DNA from: Entomortierella parvispora E1425
Lineage: Eukaryota; Fungi; Mortierellomycota
NCBI GenBank assembly: GCA_020891255.1
Contig: BQFW01000010.1
Span: 1,302,001-1,366,000, forward strand
Length of the DNA: 64,000 nt
Direction: 5' to 3'
The notes beneath the pieces are model-generated. The model ran no database searches and had not been told where the DNA came from. It saw only the letters and a program-made list of their open reading frames with translations. Every line of letters begins with the position of its first letter. The first letter of the stretch is position 1. This document shows positions 46,846-60,371 of the stretch, piece by piece. A program made the position numbers and the translations under genes.

Positions 46846-49023
46846 TCATGGCATTGATCGGCGCTGAAGGTTGTCGCGAGTTCTCCTGAGAGGTGGGTCT
46901 TGAAGGTCATCCTCTTCCTGCAGAATCGAGACGGCTATTGGCCGATCAGGCCTGCTGCCACTTGGCGCAAAATCTTGCAAAGGGACAGCGCTTCTGTCAT
47001 CATTCGCCTCAGCCTCCATGGGATAGGTACTGCCCCCTGGGAAAGAATTAGTTTGCGGAGGGGTTGGATAGGCATGATGTGGGGCGGTTGAGTCGACAGT
47101 CCCCCCCGCAAGAGGGCTAGGGGTACGGCCACGCAGTCGATCAAAGGAGGAAGAAAAGAAATGACCAACGCGATCCACAGTGCTAGTGCCATTGTGATGA
47201 TACTGAGTCCGGGCTGCCACCCATTGAGGGCCCATGATAAACTCCATCACCCGATCGTTCGCGACCACTGGCTGTGCTTCCTCGCCAGCGCTGGCTTCTG
47301 CTGGCTCCTCCGATTCGGTCCTGGCAGGCGTACACTCGAACTTACAGAGTGGACATGTCGAGCTTTTACGTGTAAGCCATGGATCTATTTAAAGAGAACT
47401 TGTGTCAGCAACAGCTCTGGATGCCACTGTGGCCCTCTAGGTGGTGGGCACTGAAAAAGCCAGTCATAAACGCACCTATGCACTCGCAATGGAACTCATG
47501 ATGACAGGGTAACGTCCTGATTTGATCTCCATTTGCAAACTCTTCCAAGCACACCGCACAGGTATCCACGATCATAGTGCTGGCTCGCTGCGGTGCTTCT
47601 TCTAGTGCCGTCCTCTTGTCCAACTCTTCTGCTGAAGCCAATGCACGCTCAGATCGAATGGACCTTCCAGCGATGGATCCATGAATCGAATTGGGTTTTG
47701 AAGCTGGCGGTTGAATGGTTGTGCCTTCACCGTCTCTCGTGTTCAGCTCAATGTTTTCAAATCCTTCTCCCTTAGATAACTTTTGTATGGCCACTACAGT
47801 TGGAGCAAGTGTGACTGCGGTCGCAGACAAGACCGCAGAAGAAGTGGATGGTCTCGAGGCTTCCTCTTTATCATATATGCGGACTGGAAACTTGTTCAAG
47901 ACGGCCTTGTCAAGCGTTTTTTTGATCCGAATCGTTCCATTAGGGAGAACATCACCCCCTCGAGCGAGCGCCTCTTCTCTATAGCGCTGTCGCAAGGCAT
48001 ACAGGCGACAGTGCAATATCACTACAGAGTCAGGTTAGAGCGAGAGTAAGAGGGAAATCCAGGACGCCAGTAAGGAACAAAAAAGATTTAAAGAGCAACA
48101 AGAAAGAACGGTTAGACACCAGACACGGATCAAGACATTACGACCAGTTCTTTTTTTCTCCTTGTCTAACCTGAGACCGTGAAGGAAATGCCAAGAAGAA
48201 CCACAATGATGATCAACACAAACTCCCACACGACAGGCAGTCTTTGCTCAGGTGCCAGGTTGATGCGGACTCTATTAAAACTGCTGATGTTGGTCGCAGG
48301 GGTGTTCAGCTGTTGCTGCAGAAAGGTCCGCAACATGGCTCCAGCGTCGTAGGAGATGATCATTCCAGGGATACCAATGGTCGAATCGGTAGCATTAACT
48401 GCTGCAGTAGCACTGTCAAGCGCTGTGGAGCCGGGGTTGTTGTAGATCAAGGCTCCGATGCAATCCGCTTGTAGTGCCTGCAGCATCTTTGCACGGAAGG
48501 TACACGTGCCAGTGTCAACAGGTCCCCCACGTCTGATCAAAGCAATTTTGGGGAGTCCGTACAACTCTGGTGTTGGCAGGGTGGTGTTAGAGTTGTATCC
48601 CGGCGTGCAACCGTAGCCCATGTCCACAAGAAGTCCCTGTTTCCGGCAAGGAACGTAAGAAAGAAAAAATGGTGGCGTTAGAAAGCATTAAAAAAATCTA
48701 TGCACTGTCTCGTTTCGTCGCCGTTGTCTCTCTTGGTTAAAAAGATCATGTACCGAGACTCCATTCTGGGGAAGATTGGCTGTTTTGGCGATGATTCCTG
48801 CTGGAAGCTCGCTCCCAACTGTGACAAGGTCGAGAGTATCAATGTTGCTATTGTCAGTTTTAATATTGACAATATCGTAGGAAAGACGGGCGTATAGGAT
48901 ACCAAAGATGGCTCCTTCCACTGGAGCACAAAGTTGCGAAAGTGTGCAGAAGGTCAGGAAGGTGATGAGCCATCGCATGAAGCTGGAGAGGGCTGATATG
49001 GCGCGGGTGCCGGTGCGCGCCAT
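46846..49023 (-). CDS. PA-domain, TM and RING-H2 E3 ligase (RNF13/Goliath-like), multi-exon
   Basis: Signal peptide; PA motif IALIRRGG..CTFRAK..CIGALIYN; TM segment; CAVCLEEF..IRTLPCHHEFHCECI. Confidence 0.9.
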
Positions 49024-49841
49024 GATGAGGGAGCGCAAAAAGAGTTGAAAGCCGGTCGAGGAGGCGGTGCACGAATTCTAGGAGTTGTATGCACGGGGAC
49101 TGGGGTTTGTAGTGGCGTTGAGCACAGAGGCGGAAGGTGGACGCGTTGGAGAAAGTTGGAAAGAAAAAGAAAAAAATGGTCGGCGAAGAAGGCAAGAATG
49201 GGAATGGAGAGAGCAGTGGATGGGAATCATGGGCCCATGGGACGAATTGACAATGGAGAGAAGAATGGAGAAGAATGGGGAAGTGGAGAAGAGAGAGAGG
49301 AGAGAACAGACAGCACACGACGCCTGTGAGTGGCGGGGTCTCTGAGTCTCTCTGTCTGGAAGAGTGCTTTTTTGGCTCACGGCATGCGGCATGGTTTGCA
49401 CGCACGGTGCACAGATGGTGACACAGTGTCCCCCATCACCAGCAGCATCATCATTGCCGCACTGCACATACAGACACCGTCTGTCTACTTGGTTACCAAG
49501 ATGGCACAGATGGCATAGCTAATCCATCCCTGTCCATTCCAGCCTGGGTCGCTAGAACGGTCCAACGACCCAGCGACGCAACGGTGTCGAGGCGTGAAAT
49601 CCGTGCAATCAGCAAGCATCTTTTCAAAGGGTTCCCCAGTCTCAGCCCTTGCAGGACGCAACTCTGTTCTCTTACTCGTCGTCCGTATTGCTTTTTGAAT
49701 TTGATATGCACCCTTTTACCACATCTTCACCCCAATCCTCACTCTCAACTCCTCATTTCCACACCTCCTTGCCATCTGCCCCCCTGCCCCTCATCTTGTG
49801 CAGCTGTCACCCTTGAACCTTGGCCTCGTTAACTCTGCGAT

Positions 49842-51065
49842 ATGGCCAGAGTTCCGCTCTCCTCGACCGCAACCATTGTAACTGCGACTGCAGCACCCCA
49901 GTGCTCGATCATCTATGCTTCCGCTACCTTTGTCCTTGCAGATCCGACGCCCACACACATCGATCCACGCAATGGATACGATCACAGTCTCTGGCTTATG
50001 GTGAGCATTTCAAGCCGTCTATGCCGGGGCTTTTTACCAAAAAAAAAAAAAAAAAAAAAAAAATGCTGCCCAGATCTCTAACTTGTCGCTCTTATCGATT
50101 CAATCTTTCAGCACAGGATGGACGAGGTCTCGTTGAAGATTATGATTGCCACCGGCATCTTGGCCATCTTTACCCTTCTCTGTAAGTTAATCTCTAGCTT
50201 AGCAACTATGATGCATCACATCAGGCATGCGAGAAAGATATTAATTTTTGATTATTCTGGTCCAGGTTGCATGGCAAAGATACTTCTTCGTCAGATCCGG
50301 CATGATCCACCAGTCCGTGAGATGGATGAAACAACTCCAAGCGTAATCCGGCAGCATGCTATCAACAATTCGTTCCCTATCCGTGTCTACCCTTCACAAC
50401 AGCAGCTCTACATCGACAACAGCAACGACCTTGTCGTTCGTCATGTCCTTGTCCATTTCCCTTTGAAGGAAGAAGAGGAAGTGGACGTAAACACAACTAC
50501 AGCCTCAACAACTACGACTCTGGAGAGCGCGACTCCTCGGACAGGATCTACGAGAATATTCAAGGATTTAGGTCGGATGAGTCGATTTTGGAATCGCCAC
50601 CAAGTGGCCGTTCAGCGCAATACTGCCGTTTCTCCACCCACGACGGAACTCTCAAGCTCAATGGCTATTACACCTCAATCCCCATCCGACCCCTCAACGT
50701 CGATGCCTAGACCAATTGAACCCACAACCAACCCAGTCGACTACTCTATGCCTTTTCCAGAGATTGAGAAGTCCAGCTCAGTGTCCGTATTTGAGGATCA
50801 TTGCTCGATCTGTCTATGCGAATACTCGGATGGCGACCATATCCGAGTCTTGCCTTGTAGCCATGAATACCATGCGGAGTGTGTTGGTAAGTCAGGGATT
50901 GTAATTGACCAATGTAGTTTGGGCAGCCTGGTGAGCTTACTCTCATATCCTTGCATTCCCTCAATAGATCTATGGCTGACAACAAAGTCTAAGCAGTGCC
51001 CTCTTTGCAAGTGCGATCTATCACTTCATACCAATATCCTGGTCGCAACATCGCCAAGTATATGA
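49842..51065 (+). CDS. TM + RING-H2 E3 ligase-like protein, multi-exon; start uncertain
   Basis: TM segment [44 protein letters not shown]|DLWL..CPLCK. Confidence 0.8.
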
Positions 51066-51182
51066 GGATCCTCAGAAAAACCTCCCTTTGTATATAGAGC
51101 TGTTTTTAAAATAATGTATATATTTTCGATTTTCGATTCTATGCCGTGATGCTATTCTATATTATATGTGCCTCTTCTCTTA

Positions 51183-52111
51183 TCATAATGAGGACGTTGT
51201 TGCGGTGTCCTCCTTGATCATGTGGTAGAAAAAGTAATGAAAGGCCACTCCCAGAGTCGAAGTGTTGACGGTCCAGCAAGGTCGCTCCAAGTGTCTCTTC
51301 CGGAAATGGGGCTGACCGAATGTAATATACAGAAACTTGCCACCGACTTTCAAAACTCGGACAACCTCATCAACCTCCTCAGCCACAGTCTTGACGAGCT
51401 CCTCGTCTGGGTTCCATACATCTCCACGATCGCACATCAAGGCATCCATGGTACCCTTGTCAATTACAATATCAAAGGATTGATCCTCGAACTTGAGGTC
51501 TCTGATATCCATCTCAATCCCTACAAGAAATGTAAAAAAAATAAAAATAGAAAGCAATCAGCATCTGTAGCTCTATTGTTGCGGGGGCTGGCGCACTTCC
51601 AAGAATATGATCTTACATTCCATGCCAACACGATCCTTGCACTTCTCAGTCATATTCTCGATAACGGTCTTTGAAAAGTCAATATTGACGATGTTGTGGT
51701 ATCCGTCGTCATACATGTCCTCAGAAAGAGCTATCGGGTTTCATTCAAATGATAGTTCGCTTTGTTAGCTATCCAGTCGTAGATTTTCATACTGATCACT
51801 GTCGAAAGAGAAAATTACATACTGGAGTTGCCGCATCCGAGCATCAATATCCTGGCATCCTTGGAGTTGATATGCTGCGAAAGAAGGGGCTTCAAGTCCT
51901 CATAGGTCTTGAACCAGTCAAAGGACTCCTCCTTAGAATATCTCTCCTCCCTATTTGTGCCCATGTGCGGCGGATTTTGATAGTTAGTCTCTGAAAGGGC
52001 CACAGGCGTATCGAGACGAACAATTCCGTCTTCCGTCTTATTTCCGTTCACTTGCCAATACTCCTGTCTCTTGTAGGCCGTAGGGTCGTCTGGCACTTCG
52101 GCGTAAACCAT
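51183..52111 (-). CDS. SAM-dependent methyltransferase, EEF1AKMT4-like, multi-exon
   Basis: YW|EERY..FDWF, ILMLGCGNS, FDIVIDKGTMDAL, YITFGQPHFRK. Confidence 0.88.
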
Positions 52112-52214
52112 GGTGATGTATGAGGGATTGAAGAATTCTGCAATGGCTCAATGATCTTGACAATCAAATGTAATGTTCTGCACGTGACCGTTTATTGGTG
52201 GCGTTTATCCTGTA

Positions 52215-53683
52215 TCAGTTTTTTGGTGTCTTGACCTTCACCTGGAGACTGAGCATGATTCTACGACCTAAGGCCTTCCCAATAAGCTGACGAGAGTTTA
52301 ATGTAATATCACGGATGACAGCTCCATCTGATCCCACAACAATTTTCTAATAATATACGAAAGCAGCATGTGAGTACAGAGGTCTTGAGGGATAAGGTAA
52401 GGCAAGACAAAACGGGAGTTGATTTGATTACCTTCAATCCTGGACGGTCTACGACAAGGTTCTGGTCAATTCTCAGCACACCATCCTCAAGCTCTGTCCA
52501 TCCGGTGTTGACTTGCTTAATACTATAAGGCACCTTGATAGCACCATAGAGCTCTGATCGAATAATATCTTCTACTCGCTTCAAATGAGACTGGTCGGAT
52601 TTTTGCTCTGCAGGGTAAAGCCAAGGACCAGCCTTGGTGAGGGATAAAAGATGGGTTCGTAGTTCCTGGATTCCAACCATGGGAGTATTGGCGCTCGTGT
52701 AGATCGTTTTAACAAAGTTGGGGTACAACTGTTGGTATTTTTGAGCAATTTCCTGCAGTTTCTCATCCTTGCCTTTGACCAAATCAATCTAATATGTATA
52801 TAATGGAGGCATGGGGTCAGGGTAATGTCGAGGACCGCCGAATTGATTGGTATCAGAGGATCAGGTCACTTACCTTGTTGAAAACTAGTGTTGCGGGGAT
52901 CTTTGGCTCCATCTTTCCCAGCCTCTCAAAGATGTACGATTCTGTGACCTTGCCATGCTCCAACAGCTTGTGGCAATCCATTACCACCAGTAAGTGATCT
53001 GAATCCTCGAGAGCCTTCCAGGATGCGGTAACCAGCTCTCGGTTCAATCTGGACACATTCTTTTCGGGAACGACTCCAGGGGTATCATAAAACAAAACTT
53101 GCTTATTATCTTGCGTCAACACAGCCTTGATCCGCTCTCTGGTGGTATGAGGTCGAAGGGAAACGATGGAGACGTTGCTCTTGACAAGGTCGTTGACGAT
53201 GGTGGATTTGCCGACGTTAGGAGAACCGATCAGGACAATCTTTGCAATCTCGGCGCCTTCTGGCTGCTTAAAATCCCTAATAACTTTGGGTAGACGGATA
53301 TTCATGTCCGCGGGGCTGGCAAAGATGGGCATCGATCTATCGGGCATATTCTGGCGCGACTGCTGACGCCGATCGGGTGTGGGTGTGGGTGTGGATGAGG
53401 AATGGGCACCCTCGTTCTGTGAGAGAGAAAAGTCCAGTTCGAATCCAGAAGCTGCCTGTCTCTCTGAGATCTCCTGGAGCTTCATCCGTTTCTCTCGCAA
53501 GGTTTGTCGGAGGAGTTCGAGCGACCGAGGGGTAGGATCCATAGCACCTACTGGACTGCTTTTGCTGTTCTTGGAAGTGAACTTTCTGCAGAGGGAGCAT
53601 GACTGGGAGCGAACAGCGCTGCCAGCAGTCGGGCGAGACAGGAGGCCCCATGAAGAGGCGATGAGGATTGAGGTCCTGTGCAT
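52215..53683 (-). CDS. Era-family GTPase, probably mitochondrial (ERAL1-like), multi-exon
   Basis: GSPNVGKSTIVN, HTTRE, FYDTPG, LVFNK and a KH-like C-terminus. Confidence 0.9.
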
Positions 53684-53957
53684 GTTCGCCGTGTCGGTGT
53701 CGAGTTGATGCAGAGAGAGTGAGCAAATGAATGAATGTCAAAGAAAAAAAAGCTTGGAACAAAAAAAAAAAAAAAAAAAAAAAAATCGCCGTTGCCTTGG
53801 AGGCTCGTGTGGCTGAGTTTCCGACTGTTGTGGCCTTGCCAGGGGGGGACCTGAAAAAGGGTCGCACACTTTATGCTCCACATCCTTTGTTGCATCCACT
53901 CTTGTTCATCCATCAACGCTTGCCACCATTCAGCGCATTCAGCCAATCATCCGCAAT

Positions 53958-55468
53958 ATGAAATCAGCCCTGAAATGGGATATCCTTGCCAAGTGCAGCA
54001 CCACCAAAGCTAGGGCCGCTGTCCTTACTCTGCCTCACGGACCTGTCAATGCTCCTGTGTTCATGCCCGTTGGAACCCAGGGCACTTTGAAAGGCATTAC
54101 CCCGGACCAAATCGAGGGACTCGGATGTCAGATCATGCTCAACAATACCTACCATCTTGTGAGTGCTCTCCTCTTTTCCTCGGTCGATCCTCTCCTAGGA
54201 GTTGTTCCTGGAGGCAAACGAGCTGACTTACATACCAACCTTTTCTACCCTAGGGTCTTCGGCCAGGTCAGGAGTTGTTGGATGCTTGCGGAGGAGCACA
54301 TACCTTTCAAGGATGGAATAGGAACTTGTTAACAGACAGTGGTGGATTCCAAATGGTGTCCCTGTTGAAGTTGGCAGAGATCACAGAGCAGGGAGTTCAG
54401 TTTGAGTCCCCCCACGACGGATCGCTCATGCTGCTTACGCCTGAGCACTCCATGTCCCTTCAAAACTCGATCGGCGCCGACATCATGATGCAGTTGGATG
54501 ACGTCGTATCGTCTTTGACAACAGGACCTCGTGTGGAAGAGGCCATGTGGAGATCTATTCGCTGGTATGTCTTGTTCAGTTTTTTATCTGTTTGAATCGT
54601 GCATATCGTTTGCCATCAAGGGAGCAATTGCTCGGAGATCACCTTGACTAAAGGAAAAAAACCCATACGTTTTGACAATAGGTTGGACAGATGTATCAAG
54701 GCACACAAGAAACCAGAGACTCAAAACTTGTTTGCTATTATCCAGGGCGGATTGGATCCAGTTCTGCGAAAGAAGTGTATTGAGGAGATGGTTAAACGTG
54801 ATACCCCTGGCTATGCCATTGGAGGACTTTCAGGAGGCGAGGAGAAAGACAAGTTCTGGAGAGTTGTTTCTCAGTGCACTGATCTAATGCCAAGAGAGAA
54901 ACCAATCTACTGCATGGGCGTCGGGTATGTCCATGCTTATACACTCTCTCCGGGAAATATTCATCGTGATCTGTTGTTTAGAAAGTAGACTAACCGAACT
55001 CTACATTTTTCTCTTTTATTTAGTTATGCCGAGGACTTGGTTGTGTGTGTGGCATTGGGCGTGGATATGTTTGACTGTGTGTTCCCTACGAGAACGGCGC
55101 GTTTCGGCAATGCGTTGACGTCGACCGGTACACTCAGTTTGCGTCAGGCCAAGTTCAAGGACGACTTTAGACCTATTGAAGAAGGCTGTGACTGTATCGC
55201 ATGCAAGTCATACACGAGAGCATACCTGTACACCATCGTCACTAAGGAAACTGTGGGTTGCCATTTGATTTCGATCCATAACACTGCATACCAACTGCGC
55301 CTGATGAGACAGATCCGCGAGAGCATCATCGAGGATCGGTTCCCACAGTACATTCACAAGTTCTTCAAGGATCTGTTTGTGGAAAAGAGTGCTTACCCAG
55401 AGTGGGTTGTCAACGCACTCAAGAGCGTGAATGTTGATCTAATTGAAGGCGACAAGCAGCAAGCATAG
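53958..55468 (+). CDS. QTRT1: Queuine tRNA-ribosyltransferase catalytic subunit, multi-exon
   Basis: [48 protein letters not shown] and the CDC..C..H zinc site. Confidence 0.96.
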
Positions 55469-56017
55469 AGCGGACTTGTTTACAAATAAACAGGTCCTTT
55501 TTTCGTTACTCTTTTCAACTAACTGGGCATGGTTGCAAGCTCGATTGAAGACCATGATTGTATGAAGGAAACGGATTTTCATTCGCACAGGCGATGAGGA
55601 AAAGCAAAGGACAGATAGCAAACCATACTAGGCAGCAACGTTGAACATAGAGAGTGAAGAAAAGAAAAAGAAAGAGGAGAAGGAGAAGGGAAACAGACAA
55701 TGAAAAAAAGAGCCCGTCCAGGCGGACAGTCAGGCAGCAAGTCAGTCGTCCCCCCAGGGTTGCATGTCCGTCTGTTTGCACGCCCATCTCGAATCACATC
55801 CATCCATCTTGCTCTCTTGCTCCCTCCCTTTCTTTTGTTGCATCCCCTCATCCCCCCCCCCCCCCCCAACTCCTGTTCCCCCCCCTTTGCCTTTTCACTG
55901 GCCCGAGGATTCTTTCTGTTCTCTTCCCCTCGAGCATCATCTCTCTCCCTCTTGCGGCTCTCCGTCCTGTCATCTGTCTAGCGACACTCCCGCAACGCAA
56001 CCTTTACCTTTATAACC

Positions 56018-58345
56018 ATGGAGTACGAAGACGTCCTAACGAATCAGCCCGTTGTCATTGATAATGTGAGTTTCCGTCCTCCAGCACCTCCTTGACCTGT
56101 TGTTCTATCCGCATCCTCCCTGGCCTTCGCACGCGTCCTACTGATGTCCGTCGACGCGTGACCTGCGCGATGCATGGAGGATTCTCCCATGCTGTAAAAG
56201 TCGTTTCGCCTTGCTGACCTTTTCTGCCATTGTTCATTCTGTCATGGTAAATGCCTGTTCTTCAGGGATCGGGTGTCATCAAAGCTGGCTTTGCTGGAGA
56301 CGACCAGCCAAAGTGCTTCTTCCCCTCATTGTAAGTCTGCAAGCAGAAAGGAGAAAAAGGGACAGAAGACAAAAGCCTATCCTCTTCTCGGATGAGATGC
56401 ATGCTCATGCCAAGGATGCTGCAAGTCAATAACACTGGGGTGCTTACGTCTCTCTCTTTTTTTTTATTACTGCGTCTGCGGTGTCCCCCTTCTGATAGTG
56501 TCGGTCGTCCTAAGCATGTCAGGATTATGGCAGGAGCAGTCGAGGGCGACGTGTTCATTGGCAGGAAGGCTCAGGAACTGAGAGGTCTCTTGAAGATCAA
56601 GTATCCCATTGAGCACGGAATTGTCCAGGACTGGGATGACATGGAGCGTATCTGGCAGTACATTTACTCGGATGAACTCAAGACTTTGTCAGAAGAGGTA
56701 AGCTAGGGTCTGACTCGGTCTTTTAATTTATGATCTGAGAAAACAGGATGGCGACAACGATACCATGGACCAGACAAGAGCAACCGGGTGCTCTTTGTGG
56801 GATGAGGGTAGCAATACACAAGGAATCTGAAGAACAGACACGGAGGAGGGCCTGTTCCTTTATGCAGATTGATGGGGGAAGTGGAGAGTATTTATTCTCT
56901 GGGGACGAAAAAACATTGAACATTCGCTATTGTTCCTCGACCAACCACATCATCGCCTATCATGTGCGACAATTTCTTGTTGATATGACCATGTGCGTTT
57001 TGGATCGACGTGACTACACCAATGCCCTGGATACATCTCGTTTCGCTGTTGTGTCGAGTATCGGACTACCTTTCTGTTATGCCTTAGCCATGTTCTTGTT
57101 TGCTAAGGTCTTGTTGGATTTCTGTATTTTGTTTGTTAGCATCCTGTCTTGTTGACCGAGGCTCCTTTGAACCCAATGAAGAACCGCGAAATGGCTGCCC
57201 AGATCTTTTTCGAGACATTTAACGTGCCCGCCCTTTTCACCTCTATACAAGCAGTCTTGAGTTTGTACGTTAGACTGGTCATGGAAACCGTGGTGTACTT
57301 TCGACGTTCTTCCGTCACTGACTCTTTTTTCTCGTTCATCATATTTGTTATTTCACATTGTAGGTACTCATCGGGACGCACTACTGGTGTTGTTCTCGAT
57401 TCAGGAGATGGTGTAACTCATGCTGTGCCAGTTTATGAGGGTTTCGCCATTCCCCACGCTATCCAGCGTGTTGATATCGCCGGAAGGTAAATGCAGCTAT
57501 AAGGCACGATCGAATTACAATATCGGCCAGAGAACCACTGTATTGATGAAAGGTATCATTCTATTATCTAGAGATGTCACTGAGCACTTGCAGTTGCTTC
57601 TTCGCAAAGCAGGCTACCACTTCCACACGACAGCGGAGAAGGAGATTGTCCGTATCATCAAGGAAAAGAACTGCTACCTGCCATTGTTCCCAGCTAAGGA
57701 GGAGAAGGATGCAGGTGGAAAGAGCGAGGATTTCATCCTTCCAGACGGAAATGTGATCAAGGTATGGGGCAGTGGAGTCCATCTTCGCAAAAAAGAATTA
57801 CCTCGAGGGCGGCTACGCATTATGAGAGCAAGGGCCTTCTGACTGACTTTTTCCGCTTCTTTTTTTTTATTATTTAGCTGGGAGCCGAAAGATTCAGAGC
57901 TCCCGAGATTTTGTTCAACCCAGAGATCATTGGACAAGAGTTCCCAGGAATTCACCAGGTGGTTGTGGATTCTATCAGCCGATCTGATATGGATCTCCGT
58001 AAGTCTCTTTACGCCAACATTGTTCTTTCTGGAGGTTCGACTTTGTGCAAGGGATTCGGTGATCGCTTGCTGCTGGAGGTCAAGAAGTTGGCGCTCAAGG
58101 ACATCAAGATCAAGATCTCGGCGCCACCAGAGCGTAAATACAGCACCTGGATTGGAGGATCCATTCTGGCCTCTTTGAGCACGTTCAAGAAGGTAAGATG
58201 TGAAGAGGACTACCGATGGATAGTGGTGTTTTCATGATCAGAATTTTCAGATTCTAACACGCAGATGTCTTTTGTACCATAGATGTGGGTCTCTGCGGAA
58301 GAGTATCAAGAAGATCCTTACAGGTGTTTCTCGTCCATGTGGTAA
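56018..58345 (+). CDS. ARP1: Actin-related protein 1 (centractin), multi-exon; atypical last residues
   Basis: NQPVVIDN|[63 protein letters not shown]. Confidence 0.95.
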
Positions 58346-58549
58346 AACAGAGGAACGAAAAACATCAACAACCCTTTGGTGCCTCTGAAAGGTGAACATC
58401 AAAGGGGTGGAACATTTGAACAGAAAAGGACGCGTCAAAGACTGAAAATAAAAAATAAAATTTTTGTCCGGTTATTTTCCTTCTCTCCTTCATTCTTCAA
58501 CCAGCAACATTTTGCCCCCATCCAAGGAAGCGTGAACCACCACTGAGCA

Positions 58550-58961
58550 ATGTCCTCCCTCGCTACCCCAGCATCACCCGGTACCTCGCGTGCCACACAG
58601 TATACAGTCCTGAACGCGTCTCTGGAAAGACTACAGAAGAATCTCTCGACCCTGGAGCAGAATGTCGATGTTACCGTGGTGCAATCAGCATGGACCAAGC
58701 GACTCTTGATGATTCACTCTTCACTGTAAGGACTAAAAAAACCCCCCAATTCGAACGAACCGATAGGCCTATCGTGAGTTTGTCTTGGTATTGTTTTTGA
58801 ATTGTCAATTCGCATTCACAAGACTAACGTTCCATTCCTTTAGAATGATGGCATCGTCCAAAGTGCTGCGTGAGGACGTAGACCAGAGCGAAAACAGCCA
58901 GGAGCATAGTGGAGAACAATCGGAGGAAAGACAAGACAGCTTCTACCAAGAGGAGTCATGA
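58550..58961 (+). CDS. HSK3: DASH/Dam1 complex subunit Hsk3-like, two exons
   Basis: TQYTVLNASLERLQKNLSTLEQNVDVTVVQSAW..HSSL|MMASSKVL resembles the Hsk3 pattern (QY..L..QL..L..NL..T..Q..MA.SKV), recognised from memory. Confidence 0.65.
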
Positions 58962-59423
58962 GGGTGTGTTTATGGGAGGAAACCAGGACCAAAGATATCC
59001 TTATACCTACCCAACACTCGTCAACCTTGTGGAGTGGTCCCATGACGAGGAAATGGTTGTAACACCTTCAAATAGACCTTTCCTTTCAATGCCCCCTCAT
59101 CCTCCACTGCAACCCGCATTTCTTGCTGCTTGTACTGGACAAAGTATGGGATCAGGGAGTATACTCATCCGATCCTTTCGCTCGTTATTTGTAAAAATAT
59201 ATACCCATTCTTCTTCTGCTCGATATGAATTTCAGATGAGGAGTCCTAGAGGCATTCCTTGACGAAATATCAAACGTCCAGTTTGCATTTTTCTAATGAT
59301 CAAAGATTTATTGTAACATGGAATGAGGTGAAAAAAAAAACGGAAAGATCTATTACTCATTTTTTTTTTGAAATGAGAAGGGATGAGGTGAGGAGGGAAG
59401 GGAGGGAGTTTTGGCCTGCGCTT

Positions 59424-60371
59424 TTATGAGCGAGTGGTGGACTGATCACGCTTATCAAGCAAATCGTTCACACGCGAGACAACACGACGGCGAGCAGAAG
59501 TGTAGGCAGAGTCGTCCATGTTGGTAGAATCAGCACCTTGGGGCAAAAGGTTCCTCTGTCTCTGCTCCCGTCCGCTGTTGGCCATCCATGATCCAGCGGC
59601 AGGGGGAGGAGTAAGACTCAAGACAACGTTGGGGCGACCATCCGCCTCCAACTCTGCACTCGAAACATAGAAAGACTGGAGGGATTTCGAGAGGTTCTGG
59701 TGTTGTGGTGCAGCATAGCTGGGAAGATGAGCGACCACGCCACTGACACCGATCACAGGGTTCTGACGGCGTTGACCGAGGCTACGTCCCTGAACAATGG
59801 TGGGTGTTGAAGGCTCATAGAATCCATAAGTAGGTCCGACCTTGGCCTTGGTGTTGGATCCAGCGACGATGGTGGCGGACTGGGCAGTGTGCATGCTGGT
59901 GTTGGGGTTGGTATCGTACTGGGAAGCCTTGATGCTCTTGGTCTGAATATCCATAAACTGCAAATGATCCTCGGCCTTGACTTCGTTCTTGGCCAAAGCC
60001 TCCTTCCAAGCCTGTCTCTTGCCCTTGGCCTCCTGCAACAACTTTTGGAACTCGAGCTCGGACATGGCCGAGAGATCCTTCTTGACAGTGATGGGCTGAG
60101 GTTGAGGGGGGCGGGATCGGGGAAAGTTCTCCTTCCAGCGCTGCAAGAAAAGGAATTCTGAAGAGCCGGATTGGAAGGGTGTCTGATGCTCGGCCGTGTC
60201 GAGCTGTTCAATCTTCAAGAGATGAGTTCGGAGCACCGTGGGCAGGTTGCGCTTCAAACCCCAATCGCCCACAGCCTTGGCCTTGGAGGGGGTGGTGTAG
60301 ATCTGTCCAATGCTCCTGTCATAGGTGGCGAGGCGCGAGGTCCTCAGCAGGTGAGAGAACGACCGCTCCAT
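59424..60371 (-). CDS. MRP51: Mitochondrial ribosomal protein Mrp51 (bS1m)
   Basis: FSHLLRTSRLA..QIYTT..GDWGLKRNLP..LDTAEHQTPF. Confidence 0.82.
   Translation of the reverse strand: MERSFSHLLRTSRLATYDRSIGQIYTTPSKAKAVGDWGLKRNLPTVLRTHLLKIEQLDTAEHQTPFQSGSSEFLFLQRWKENFPRSRPPQPQPITVKKDLSAMSELEFQKLLQEAKGKRQAWKEALAKNEVKAEDHLQFMDIQTKSIKASQYDTNPNTSMHTAQSATIVAGSNTKAKVGPTYGFYEPSTPTIVQGRSLGQRRQNPVIGVSGVVAHLPSYAAPQHQNLSKSLQSFYVSSAELEADGRPNVVLSLTPPPAAGSWMANSGREQRQRNLLPQGADSTNMDDSAYTSARRRVVSRVNDLLDKRDQSTTRS

Noticed and set aside
53958-55468. QTRT1 as a bacterial tgt acquired by horizontal transfer
   Set aside because: It has multiple spliceosomal introns and eukaryotic-type motifs; queuine salvage is normal in many fungi.
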